From: Camelus dromedarius
Taxonomy: Eukaryota
NCBI RefSeq assembly: GCF_036321535.1
Contig: NC_087447.1
Location: 43,526,001-43,590,000 of the forward strand
DNA length: 64,000 nt
Direction of reading: 5' to 3'
Shown here one piece after another: positions 22,598 through 35,163 of this stretch. A model generated the notes under the pieces. The model was not told where the DNA came from, made no database searches, and saw only the letters and a list, made by a program, of their open reading frames with translations. A program made the position numbers and the translations under genes. Numbering within the stretch: position 1 is the first letter of the stretch; each line of letters opens with the position of its first letter.

Positions 22598-24894
22598 AAT
22601 TATTCAAACTAAGTTTAGACTTTTTACTTTATATTCTAGATTTTATGTGTATATGTAATGTCTTCTTTATATTAAAAATTGTTTTAGCAAAAACACTAGA
22701 AAACCTTCAAATAATGTAGATTTTGTCTTTATGTTGTATATTAATAAAATATACTTAAAGTGACTTTAAAGCTAAAGAGTTACAAAAATTAAGACGTGAA
22801 TAGCAAAAAGGAATGATCAGTATAACAAAATAGACTAAAATGAATTAATATAAAATTATATTATGGGAACTCAAGTAATAGCTAGTATTTACTAAATGCT
22901 TACTAAATGATAGGCACAATATTAAGAGTTTTATATACTTAGTTCTATTTTGAATTTCCATGAAATAATATTAAGTACTTTTATTTATGGAGGAAGAAAC
23001 TGATTTTGACAATGTTAAGTGACTTACCTAAGTTTATGCAGCAAGTGGTGGACTCAAGATGTGAATCCCAGGCAGTCTGAATATAGTCCTTCCCTTTAGT
23101 AACTATACTATAAATGAAATTAAGCAATACTAAGATAAAGTCTAATCTCTTGGAAGTAGGTGGATAACAAATTACCTTTCTACTTACTGACAGCTAATGT
23201 ATAAAAGAGGTGCCTAGTTAATCACAAAGTTTACAGTTTCTATCAGTAAATCAAGACTATGTTTATAAATGGAGAAATACAATGTTCTTAATAGAAAGAA
23301 GAAATAGGAATTTCAAATAAAAGGGAATAGTCACCTATTGTAAATTTATTATATATTTATAATATGTAAAAGTCAAATATTGTTTCATTAAGTAGTTTGA
23401 AATATTAGCCTAATCACTAATCATGCAAAAATTACATATTTAATATCTAGGACATAATTTAAGACACTTATTCAAACAAATCATTTCCTAACATAACATT
23501 GTATTCTATTTGGAGTATTACAGCACAAATTATGTTAGTCTTAACATAATATACAGCTGAATACAGCTCCAGCTTGAGAGTTAAGAAATTTACTCAGGTT
23601 CACCCAGTGAGTGGCCAGTGAGCCACCTAGTGAGTGACTCATCTCCAAGTTTTCTTGCTTCATTTTCTTGACTTTGTCCAAAGGCTCTGGTTGTCTGTAA
23701 ATTAAAGCCTCTAGAACAAGAAACAATGGAACTCTTTCCACAAGATGTTTATAAACTGTGAGTCTCCAAAGCATCTCAAAACTAGGGAATCTATTAGTAT
23801 TACAACCAAGTGCCAAGTGTAGATAGTGTTAAAAGACTACCTAAGTTCCTGATCTTATGGGTAGAAAAATAAGGAATCCTAGCACCTTGAATTATGCCTG
23901 TTTATGCACACTAAGTAGACTGTAGAAACTTAGGTTAACTCAGCTAAGGTTACTTGCTAACTGACTGCTGGATTGCATCTGCCCTAGCTTGTGAGTACAG
24001 ATGTAACTTTAGAGTAATATATTCTCAAATGGTAAATGAAAGCAGCACAACAGATTAATTCACAAAGCCAAAATCTTACCTCTTGAAATAAGAACTTATT
24101 CATCTTATGGGAATAAATTCAAAGCCATTGTTGTTACATAGCTGCCATGTCATCTTTTATTATTATTTGCCTTTGGGGATAAATCTCTAAAGATTTTAGA
24201 GATTCAGATGTGAATTCAAAAGCAACAAGGGTCATTATCACCTTCTCAAGTGAATACTGAGCCGTTGGCTTCAAACAAAAACAACTTGTCTTTAAGGGGT
24301 CTGTCAATACTGAAGTAATCATTTTTTCTTTATATTTTGGTACAATTTTAATTGATAGTTACTGAAAGTATAAAAAATATATTATAGTTGAATATTGATT
24401 CTAAGTTTATTTTGCTATTTCAGGTTAAGGAATACTAAACATCATATATAAAGTGGTAACCTTAGCTTCATTCATTCAATGTGTATTTATATTATGTGTT
24501 TTAAACTTATATATATATAAGTCACTCCATGAGGTGCCTTGGGGAACATGGGATGCAATGCCATTCAGCACTGAATTTTAAATAACACAGTTATTTGAGA
24601 TGTATATATATTTTTCTAACAAAAGCTATAGAAAAGAATATCCTTAAAGTTAAATAGAGAACTATCAAGTGAAAAGAGGTTTGAATGATTTCCAGATCAG
24701 ACTTAGTCTACAAACCTCAATGGGAAGACTACTGGTTAGTGATTTATTTGACTAGATGGACAATGGCAGAAACAGCTGTTTTTAGCCTGAATACTAAGTC
24801 TGATTTGCTTGCTAATCCTAATTTTAGAAAGTCTTCTCTCACCCTGCTGATGTGCCCTTTGATGGATATACCCCTAACCAAATTTCCTTCAGAC

Positions 24895-25085
24895 TTTACT
24901 CTTTGCAAAGCATTGCATTTCACTTCTCATTTAATCCTCACAATAATTTGGTGAGCTAAGCATTCCCATCCTCCTAATTTTACAGAAGAGAGAACTGAGG
25001 TTTAGTTTAAATACTTGTCCAAATGCACTCAACTGGTTAAATTAAATCCAGCTTTAAAATCAGGACTGAGTGCTAAAATGTGTAC
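24895..25085 (-). mobile_element. MIR, antisense
   Basis: ctcatttaatcctcacaata...attttacagaagagagaactgagg. Confidence 0.7.
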
Positions 25086-25110
25086 TCTTTGCAGTGAAAG
25101 GATCATACAC

Positions 25111-25623
25111 CATGGGTTTCAGGTTTCTCTGTGCAGTGTCATCACTGTATTCAAATTGTCTTTCTGTGACTCAAACACCATCCAGCACTTCTGCAGCATC
25201 TTTTCTCTGGTCAGCCTGGCCTGTGATTATACTTCCCATCATGAAATGACTATTTTTGTGCTTTCTGCCTTTGTGTTTGTTGGCAACTTTATTTTCATTA
25301 TGATTTCTTATGTCTTTATTGGAGCCATAGTTGTGAGGATGCCTTCTGCCAAAGATATAAGGCCTTCTCAGTTTGCTCCTCCCACCTCACTGTGGTGTGC
25401 GTACACTACTGATTTGCTGACTTTGTTTATTTGAGGCCCATGGACAGTGACTTATTCCCTGAAGACATGGTGATGGCTGTGACCTATACAGTACTGACAC
25501 CTGCTTGATCTCATCATTTATAGTCTAAGAAACAAAGAAATGCAAATAGCTCTGAGGAAGGTACTGGACAGTGCAAAAGGGCCCATCCCTGAGATGGTAA
25601 ATAAAACAACCCTGAACACTTGA
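25111..25623 (+). pseudogene. OR family 10 pseudogene, TM4-TM7 only (cf. human OR10AB1P near OVCH2)
   Basis: FCDSNTIQHFC..SLAC, SYVFI, frameshift, KAFSVCSSHLTVV, in-frame stop, VYLRP, frameshift, [15 protein letters not shown]; no TM1-TM3. Confidence 0.88.
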
Positions 25624-25889
25624 AAATTACATATTGCTGATAAATAAAAGTAGAAAAAGTGGAGTACTTCCAGTAAAATCATCACTTTGTATACAAAACA
25701 ATTAAAGTATTATGTAATTACCTGTTATGCCCTGGCATCACCATTTTTCTACTACAAACAGGATACAGTGTTAAAATATATTTAAATATATGTGTATGAG
25801 TACATGTGTGTATGTATATACACAGGCATGCATACAGTAAACAAACCAAAATTCAGTATATTTCAGACCACAGTATTTTCATGATAGTT

Positions 25890-27960
25890 CATTGTTAATT
25901 TAGAGAAACAGAACTGGGTTTTGTGTGTTGATTTTGTACTTGCAAACCCACTGAATTTGTTAGTTCTAACAATTTTTTGATGGATTTTTAGGATTTTTTT
26001 ATGTGTAAAATCATGTTATCTGAAAACAGAGAGAATTTTGCTTCTTCCATTCTGATTTAGATACTTTTCATTTTTTTCATCTCATCTAATTTCTCTTGCT
26101 AGGACTTCCAGGACTATGTTGAAAAGGAGTAGTGAGAGTGAGCATTCTTGTCTTGTTCCCATTCTTGGAATAAAAGCTTTCAGTCTTTCACCGGAGTATG
26201 ATTTTAGCTGTGGCCTTTTTATGTATGGCCTCTATTATGTTTTGGTACATTCCTTCCATACCCAGTTTGTTGAGAGCTTTTATTATGAAACTATGTTGAA
26301 TTTTGTAGATGCTTGCTCTGTATCTGTTGAAATGATCATCAGATTTTAATCTTTCATTCTCCTAATGTTATGTATCACATTTATAATTTTCATATGTTGA
26401 AACATCCTTACATCCCAGGGATAAAATCTTTTTTTCATGGTATATGCTTATTTTAATGTGCTGTTGAATTATGTTTGATAGTATTTTATTGAGAATTTTT
26501 GCTTCCCTGTTCATAAGGGAATTGGCTTGTAATTTTCTTTTCCGTAGTGTCCTTATCTTCAGGGCAGTCCTTGCATCAGGGTAACGGTAGGCCTTGTAAA
26601 ACGGGCCTGGGAGTATTCTCTCCTTTTCAGTTTTTGAAACCGTTTGAGAAGGAATGGCAGTAATTTTGTTTAAGTGTTTGGTAGAATTCACCAGTGAAAT
26701 CATCTGGTCCTTGTTTTTGTTTATTGGGAGGTGTTTGAATACTGCTCCTTATTTGTTATTGGTGTTCAGATTTTCTGTTTCTTCATGTTCAGACTTGTTA
26801 GGTTGTATGCTTCTAGGAATTTATCTTTTTCTTCTAGGTTGTCCAGTTTGTTGGCATATAGTTATTCATAGTAGTCTCATGATCCAGTGTATTTCTGTGG
26901 TATTAGTTGTAATGCCTTCTCTTTCACTTCTGATTTTATTTGCGTCCTCTCTCTCTTTTCTCCTTAGTTACTCTAATTAAATTTTATCAATTTTGTTTAT
27001 CTTTTCATTGGTCCAGCTCTTAGTTTCTTTTATTTTTTTTATTATTTTTCTGGTCTCCATTTCATTTATTTCTGCTCTTTGTTATTTCCTTCCTACTTTT
27101 AACTTTGGGCTTAGTTTATTCTTTTTTTCTATTTCTAGAGGTGTAAAGTTAGATAGTGTGAGTTCTTTCTATTAACGTAGTCATCTTTTATTAATAATTG
27201 ACATATAACATTAGTATCAGCTGTATAATATAGTGACTAAATAAAACATATATTGCAAAATAATCACCGCAATAAGTCTAGTTAATATCCATCACCACAC
27301 ATAGTCACAATTTTTTTTCTGGTGCTGAGAACTTTCAAGATCTACTCTCTTAGCAAATTTCAAGTTTACAATACATTATTAACTATAGTTACCATGAACA
27401 TGGGGGAACAGTTATCTCTTCAACATATTAGTTTTATTTCCTTCAGATATAACAAATATTATCACATTTCCCCCACCCCTTAATTCTTGGCAACCATGTT
27501 CACTCTGTTTCCTTAAATTCAACTTTTTTAAGTTCTATATGGATATCATGCAATATTTGTCTGCCTCTGACTTATTGCACTTAGTATATTGTCTTCCAAA
27601 TTCATCCACATTATTACAAATGGTAGGATTTCCTTTTTTAGGCTGAATAATATTCCATTGCATGTATATCTGAATTTCCTTATCTGTTTATTCATCAGTG
27701 AACACAAGCTGTTTACATATCTTGGCTATTGTGAATAATGCTGTAATGTGCAGTTATCTCTTTGAGATATTAATTTCATTTCCTTCAGATATATATATGT
27801 ATAGACACACATATGCGCACACACACACACACACTGTTAATCAGTTATTTGTGTTTTTTTCTATTGACTTATGAGTTCCTTATATATTTGGATATTAACC
27901 CCTTATCAGATATATAGTTGACAAGTATTTCTCCCACTCTGTAGGTTGCCTTTTTATTTT
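25890..27960 (-). mobile_element. L1 ORF2 and 3' fragments, antisense
   Basis: ORF 26368-26703 gives L1 RT-like ..NSLMNREAKILNKILSNIIQQHIK. Confidence 0.85.
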
Positions 27961-27969
27961 ATTGATTGA

Positions 27970-28500
27970 TAATGTAATACACTACACTAACAGAATGCAG
28001 AATAGAAATCATGATCATCTCAATAGATGCAGAATACGCATTTGACAAAAATCCTTTCATGATATAAAGCTCTAAACAAGTTCAACATTATTTTATGATA
28101 TAAAACTCTCAACAAATTATGTATAGAAGCAATGTACCTCAACATGATAAAGATTACATATTACAAGCCCACAGCTAAAATCAGACTCAGTGGTGAAAAG
28201 CTGAAAGCTTTTCCTATAGATCAGGAACCAGTCAAGAATGCCTATTCATGCTGCTTCCATTCAGCATCGTCCTGAAAGTCCTCCCAAGAAAAACCAGACA
28301 AGATTAAAAAAAAATGAAAGGCATCCAAATTGAAAAGGAAAATGTAAAATTTTCTCTGTTTTCAGATGACATGATCTTATATGAAGAAAGTATTCCACAA
28401 AAAACTATTAAAACTAATAAATTAATTTAGTAATGTTTCAAGATACAAAATCAACATACAAAAATCAGTTGTCTTTGTATATACTAAAAGAAAAAACAAT
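27970..28500 (+). mobile_element. L1 ORF2 RT fragment
   Basis: tcatgatcatctcaatagatgcagaa..gcatttgacaaaat and ttttcagatgacatgatcttata (FxDD region). Confidence 0.8.
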
Positions 28501-29059
28501 TACCAATAAATGATTTACAAATATAGTAAGGAGCTAAGAAAATGTCAACGTTGTGTGTAGGTGTCTGTACAATAGAGGAGTAAGCAAATTCTCTTCAATA
28601 GAGCTGAGAAGCAGATGTGCCCTTCTTAGACAACTAGGTTTAGTTAAAATGGAGAAGCAGAGCATGTACTGTAAAAGGTTGATGAGTGAAATGAAAGAAG
28701 ATTCTGGAATGAAAGTAAAACATATTAGGAGAAACCACAGCAAAGAAAGAGCATTTCAGAGATACCAAATAGGGAGTTGTGTGTAAATGAATAAAGATGA
28801 AGAGAGCTCCCAAAGGGCTTGCAACTGGTCACAGTTCCATGATTATTGGTGATGTCACAGCCTATTGGGTCTCCAGTCCTCATTATTTGTTCAACACTGA
28901 ATTAAAATTTGGCTAGAGTTTCTCTGATCAAACATTTCACAGTCTCCACCATTCCATTTTCACAAATGTCCCTTCTTAATGTGAAAGTCTCTACCTTCTC
29001 ATATAAATTATCTAAACATCTTACTTCTTTAATTATATTAAATCTCAAATTTTTGAATC

Positions 29060-29790
29060 AGTGGGATTTATGCCTGGGATGCAAGGTTGGTTTAATATAT
29101 GAAAATCAATCAATGTGATACAACACATTAACAGAACGAGAACATCACATGATTATGTCCATAGATGTGGTATATGTATACAACAAAATATTATTCAGCC
29201 ATAAAAAAGAAGGAAATCTTGCCATTTACAACAACATGGATATACTTGGAGACACTTGGGGAGGTGGGGGAAATGGGGAGAGGTTAGTCAAAGGATATGA
29301 AGTTGCAGTTGTGTTGAATAAATAAGTTCTAGTGATCTAATATACAGCATTAGAACTATCATTAATAATACTGTATTTTATCCTGGAAATTTGCTAAGAG
29401 AATAAATTTCAGTTACTCTTACCACACCTAAAAAAAGATTAGATGTGAGGAGATGGGTATGCTAATTAGCTTGATTATATTAATCACTTCATTATGTGTA
29501 TGTATGTCAAAACATGTTGAGCACATTAAATATACACAATTTTTAACATTTTTATTGATTTATAATCATTTTACAATGTTGTGTCAAATTCCAGTGTAGA
29601 GCACAATTTTTCAATTATACATGAACATATATATATATTCATTGTCACATTCCTTTCTCTGTGAGCTACCATAAGATGTTGTGTATATTTCCCTGTGCTA
29701 TACAGTATAGTCTTGTTTATCTATTCTACAATTTTGAAATCCCAGTCTAAATATACACAATTTTTATTAAAAAATAAAAACATCTAAAAT
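29060..29790 (+). mobile_element. L1MA-like 3' end with a nested young antisense L1 3' end (29546-29747)
   Basis: 19-bp TSD taaatatacacaattttta at 29527-29545 and 29748-29766. Confidence 0.8.
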
Positions 29791-30299
29791 TGTTTTAAAG
29801 ATTCAAAAAACATGGCAACTAGTACTTCATACCACTTGAATGGAAACCATTGTATTTTCAAGAAACATTTCTTTGATTTTTGTGAACTTCCTGAAAGAAA
29901 AGCACATGACTTATTCAGTTCATAACCTAGTGCCAGGAATAAAGGAGGCTCTAAATAAGTATTTATTGAATTAGAGTTAATGTTTAACCAGCAGTTATTT
30001 GTTGAATACTTGCCCTGTAGCAGACACTGTACTTTGAGGCCAGGATAATTAGTTCAACCTCCCACATCACTTTCATCTACCCACAAAAGTTTCTACAACT
30101 GCATCTCCAGCTCTGAATGACCAGTTAACTCCTTTTTACCTTTATGTCTCAGTTTAAATGTCATTTCTTTAGCAAAGTTTTCCTTGATCCTCATAAATAA
30201 ATATATTTGCCAGATGATATCATAAGGAATAGGGACTGAGCAAAAAGATACAGTTGGGGCTTTTGGCAGTGAGGTAGGATCAGTAGATAGAAGTCTGAG

Positions 30300-31635
30300 G
30301 TCAAAGATGCCTAAGACTTATGAGGCCAAGATCCTGGACAGGAAATAACTATAGAGAAGTGAGCCTGAAATTGTATGTGTAATTTCTCATTATGGAGTTT
30401 GACTACTCCCAGCACATGGGCTGGTGAGATAGCAAACACCAGGTGGAAGTCAGCCTGCGAGAGCCTGATCTTACCAGAGATTTTGGCATTTTGCAGTGCT
30501 GGTTGGATAGAGCTTGGTAGATAGGCCATTTAAGATAGGTGGGACCCATAACAACTTACGCTTTTATTTGAGAGTCCTGAAGGTTGGTATCTTGGGAGTA
30601 ATTGTTACATCCTAGAAATAAGGTCAAATCAGACATAGATCATCCCCACAAAGGACAGCACCCAACCTACACTGGAAAAACCACCACATTCTACTAGGAT
30701 GCAAGTTTAGGAGTTATACTGTACATAGAGACATCAGTTCTCTATGTGAATGGCCCTTTTGGGCACTGTATTTTCATTTCCTCAAAGGGATGAAGCCTTT
30801 TATTTTCTTGCAAGAATAAAATTAAATACATTTTGGAGGAAGATAATGTCATTTAGAACCTCTACAATTTTCTATCCATATTGCCCATCATCCAATGAAA
30901 TAAGACAAGATATGCCATTAAACAGGACCAAATGAATGAAAACCAGTACTTCAAATTAAATATTAAAAATATGTCTAAGAAAAATAGAGGAATAAAATGA
31001 AGACTCATACCACAGAACTGAATACAGTAAAAGAAATAAAAAGAATTAAATTTAAATCTTAGAAATGAAAAATAAAATAAATTAGGAATTCAGCAGATGG
31101 ATTAATAGTAGATTGGACACAGCAGAAAAGAGGAGGAGTAAACTGAAAAGAGGTCAGGAGACAACATACATATTACAAGACAAAGAAAAATATCAAAAAT
31201 CAAAAAGAATGCGAGAGCTATATAAGAAATTGTGGAAAGACCTAACCTATGTGTGATTGAAGATCTAAAAAAAAAGGAGAGGTAGAAAGAGTTCTGAAGA
31301 AATATTCAATGATAATTTTCCAAACTGATGAAGGACCATGAGCTAAAAATCCATTAAACTTTGCAGATTTTAAAAATGATAAATACAGGAAGAACCACAC
31401 TTACAGAAATCATGAAAAGGCTACAGGAAGTCTAAAACAAACAAAAATGTTAAAAACTTCGAGGGGAAAAATAAAAGACATATTCCCTTCAAAAAAGAAG
31501 GAGAAAAAATGAAGACTGAGAGCTGAGTTCTGGAAAGAAATGATGGAAGCAAGAAAACAATTAAATCTTAAAAGTGCTAAAAGATTTTTAACTAAAAACC
31601 TAGAATTCTACACAAAATAGAAATATCTCTCAAAA
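30300..31635 (+). mobile_element. Old L1 5'/ORF1 fragment
   Basis: A-rich ORF1-like sequence, e.g. gatggattaatagtagattggacacagcagaaaagagg. Confidence 0.6.
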
Positions 31636-31644
31636 GTGTAGGTG

Positions 31645-32020
31645 CAGTAGAAGTCCAAGATCAAGGTATGGGCAGGGTTGGTTCCTTCTGAGGGCTGTGG
31701 GATCTGCTCCATGCTTTTCACCTAGCTTTTCCTGGTTTGCTGTCAATCTTTGAAGTTCCATGGCTTGTAGAAGCATAACCCATATTTCTGTCTTTATCTC
31801 CACATGATGTTCTTTCTGTGTGTTGTCTGTATCCTAATTGTCCTTTTTAAAATAAGGATACCAGACATACTGTATTAGAAACCCAGCCTACTTCAATATG
31901 AGTTCATCTTAACTAATTACATCCACAACAACCCTATTCCCAGATAAGGTACATTCTAAGGTACTGGCAGCTAGGACTTCAACATATAAATTTTTGAGGG
32001 ACATAATTCAATCCATAACA
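31645..32020 (-). mobile_element. MLT1 (MaLR) LTR fragment
   Basis: agaagtccaagatcaaggt..ggttccttctgagggctg ... ttcaatccataaca. Confidence 0.75.
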
Positions 32021-32599
32021 ACAAATCCAGCCCTTCTTCTCCCTTTTTCTTGCAACTGAGCCTGCCCTCGTTGTTCTTGGCAGCTCTTGGCCATGCTGTA
32101 ACCTAATGGATAAAGGCCTAGACTCATTGGGGAGACCTGAGTATTTCCATTATTGCCAGTGACAGAGAAGGAAAAAGTGTCAAATTCTGGGATTTAGAAT
32201 GCAAAAACATATATGTCCACAAAATTGTGGCACATTCTCTAACATCAGCTCTTTCATTCATACAGATAATATTTTGCTCTTCTATATACCTTCTCTTTCT
32301 GCCATTTCTTTAGTTGATTTAGAGTTTGGGAGAAGAGAATGAGTGTCATTGTACATCCTGTCTAGTAGGGACTATTAACAGTGTCACACCACACTCCCTG
32401 CATCTGGATAATTGAATTATTTGAATCCCTTAAAGTGGAAATATGAATGAAAAAAAACTCTGCATGGATTCATTGTAATCAATCGGGGAGTGTTTAAGCT
32501 CCTACACAAAAGAGACTTAAAGAAGGAAGAGGTCAATATGGGACATGTGTTCCCCCTGAGAGACGGAACGGGATGGAGGGGAGCAGACCATTTTGATAG

Positions 32600-33030
32600 A
32601 TGTGCCATCAGAGTCACCCCAAACTTGTTAGAGTACTAAACCTCACAATGATTTGCCAGTTATTGAGAAAGAACAGAGAAGAGTAAATAGTTTGGGGAGA
32701 AATATGAAAAATTCAGTCAGGGCACACTGAATTTGAAAGTCTTGAGGAAAAGGTCAGTGAAGTTTATCTGTCCTCCGAGGAAAGTTGTATGTGAAGACTT
32801 GGTTGCTGCCACCACACAGATGTCAGCCGAGCTCATGGGAGAAGATGAGGTCACCCAAGGAGACCATGAGGAATGGGGAGAAGGGCAGAGGGCTGAGCAT
32901 GAATCCTGGTGAAAAGCAAGAAGTGTAGGGGGAAACATGAAGAGGAAGACTGCCTGAAAACTTCAACCACCAAAGCGCAGAGCACCCACCACAACTCGAA
33001 CATAGCCCTTTCCAAGACTGAAGTAATACC
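32600..33030 (-). mobile_element. L2 ORF2 fragment
   Basis: Purine-rich; gatgaggtcacccaaggagac..atggggagaagggcagagggctgagcatgaatcctgg. Confidence 0.5.
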
Positions 33031-34224
33031 TTGGAGTTCCCTCTCTTCGTGAAGGGCCATGTCTGTGCTGACTTTAGCTCCAGAATTATTGCACTGATAG
33101 GATTACAGGCCCATAACTGATGCAAGTAAAGAAGTATGAATGGGGAAACAGGACCAGAGAAATTCCACAAAGTGGCTTCCAGGCAGGAAAGGAGGTGGTT
33201 TTCTTGATCTGGTCAGTGAAGAACCCAGGAATAGGAAGTTTGCTTGTAAAGTAATGCTCCCCAACTGTCTCAGGATTTTTCTGACATTTATATGCTAAAT
33301 ATTAAACATATTAACTAAAATATTAATCATGTCATTGTGAAAGGAGTGCAGGAGGCAGGGAATCAATTTAGAGGCAATTGTCATAACCAAACTGGATCAT
33401 AAGCACCTTCAAAAAAGGCAGTGGAACAATCTGTGATGGTGGACAGCTCCTTGAGACACAAAATGTGTAGCGGATATTTCTTGCCTAAACCATAACTTCG
33501 TATCTCCTGTCTATCAACTGTTACTGGAAGAAAGTCCCTTCTCAGTCTCTCATGCCAAAGAAAAGGAACTTCCAAAATCCTACCCTATTATTCATCTGGT
33601 AAGACAAGTCATGAGAAGAGTCAGCTGAAATTTATACAGAGTTTCTTCTGTGTTATCTGGGTTGGATCTCTTAATGGTCAAACATGGGAATCATGATCTT
33701 TGCTCTGGCTTAAATAAAGTAAAGATAAATAGAAGCTTTTCTGAGACACTAACATCAAGGTTTCCAATAGTTGAACTATCCATTGACCAATGCAAGGCAG
33801 TATCTTTAAAGAAAGTACCTTGAACTGCTGACTTGTCAATATTACCATCTGTTACACATCACTGAGGAGGATTTTCTTTCCCAAATGGTATTTTACAAAA
33901 ATGGAATTCAATTAAATCTGATCTTTGATTGAAATATCTCTCCATTTAAGTAAAGTTCTATAATTGGTAAATGGGATTTTAAGTAGAAAAGTTTTTGAAG
34001 GTATCCCTACCTTGAAAAATCCATATTTAATTTGAACCAAGTGGATATCCATGGTAATGATACACTTAACTCTATAAATGGAAGTAAACATTGGATTTTT
34101 TATATATTTATGGGAGCTTCTCATTGTAAAAGTGATAAAGTTAATGAGAAATATCACTAAACATCCAGCACAAATGTTCCCCAAATCAATGGTTTGTTAT
34201 TTATAGATTTATACCTGATTTAAT

Positions 34225-35163
34225 TCAGGAAAACCAATGTGTTCTAGCCATTAGTTTTCGCGTGGCCTTCTTCACCTCCTTGTTCCTCAGACTGTAGATG
34301 AGGGGGTTCAGCATGGGGACCACCACTGTGTAGATTACAGATGCCACTTTGACTTGGTCCGCTGAATAGCTTGATTTGGGCATCACATAGACAAACAAAA
34401 CTGTCCCATAAAACAAAGTGACTGCAGTGAGGTGGGAAGTGCAGGTGGAGAAGGCCTTCTTCCTCCCCTCAGTAGAGCGCATTCTCAGGATTGAATGGAG
34501 GATGTACCTATAGGACACAGTGATGGTAAACAGTGTGCTTATAAGGACTGAGGCAGAGGAGATGGCAGGAGATATTTCAGCAAGGTAAACATGGCCACAA
34601 GAAAGCTTCAAGAGTGGGAAGAGGTCACAGAAAAAATGGTTGATTTTATTCGGTCCACAGAAGGACAGGTTCATCAGACAGCCTGTAAATGATGAAGCAT
34701 TCATGCATCCACCCAGGTAGGAGGCCCCCAGTAGGAGGAAGCAGACCACTGGGGACATCTGGGTGGAGTAGAGCAAGGGAGAGCAGATGGCCACATAGCG
34801 ATCATAGGCCATGGTGGCCAGCAGGAAGCACTCTGTAGTCCCAAAGGTGACATCAGAGCCGAGCTGGGCTATACAGCCGGTGACTGGGATAGCAGTTTTC
34901 TCTCTCAAGAAGCTCATCAGCATGATTGGTGTGACTGATGTGGAATACCCAATGTCCACAAAGGCCAAATGGCTAAGAAAAAGGTACATAGGGGTGTGAA
35001 GCTGTGGGCTGCTTTGGATTAAGATAATTATGCTGATATTTCCCACTATGGTTGCTACGTAAACACCTAGAAAAATCACAAAGAAAATGGCACATAGTGT
35101 GGGGTTGTCTGTTAATCCCAGAATAATGAACTCTGTCACTGTTGTGTGGTTTTCAGTCTCCAT
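34225..35163 (-). CDS. Olfactory receptor, family 5 subfamily P (OR5P3/OR5P4-like), intact, 312 aa
   Basis: [29 protein letters not shown] and [12 protein letters not shown] motifs. Confidence 0.96.
   Translation of the reverse strand: METENHTTVTEFIILGLTDNPTLCAIFFVIFLGVYVATIVGNISIIILIQSSPQLHTPMYLFLSHLAFVDIGYSTSVTPIMLMSFLREKTAIPVTGCIAQLGSDVTFGTTECFLLATMAYDRYVAICSPLLYSTQMSPVVCFLLLGASYLGGCMNASSFTGCLMNLSFCGPNKINHFFCDLFPLLKLSCGHVYLAEISPAISSASVLISTLFTITVSYRYILHSILRMRSTEGRKKAFSTCTSHLTAVTLFYGTVLFVYVMPKSSYSADQVKVASVIYTVVVPMLNPLIYSLRNKEVKKATRKLMARTHWFS

Larger units (their letters stand above)
20795..24690 (-). repeat. OR5P duplication unit 2
   Basis: Colinear with 8390-12657. Confidence 0.85.

Noticed and set aside
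25015..25434. 139-aa ORF as a functional gene
   Set aside because: MIR-derived non-ATG start fused to a frameshifted OR pseudogene fragment
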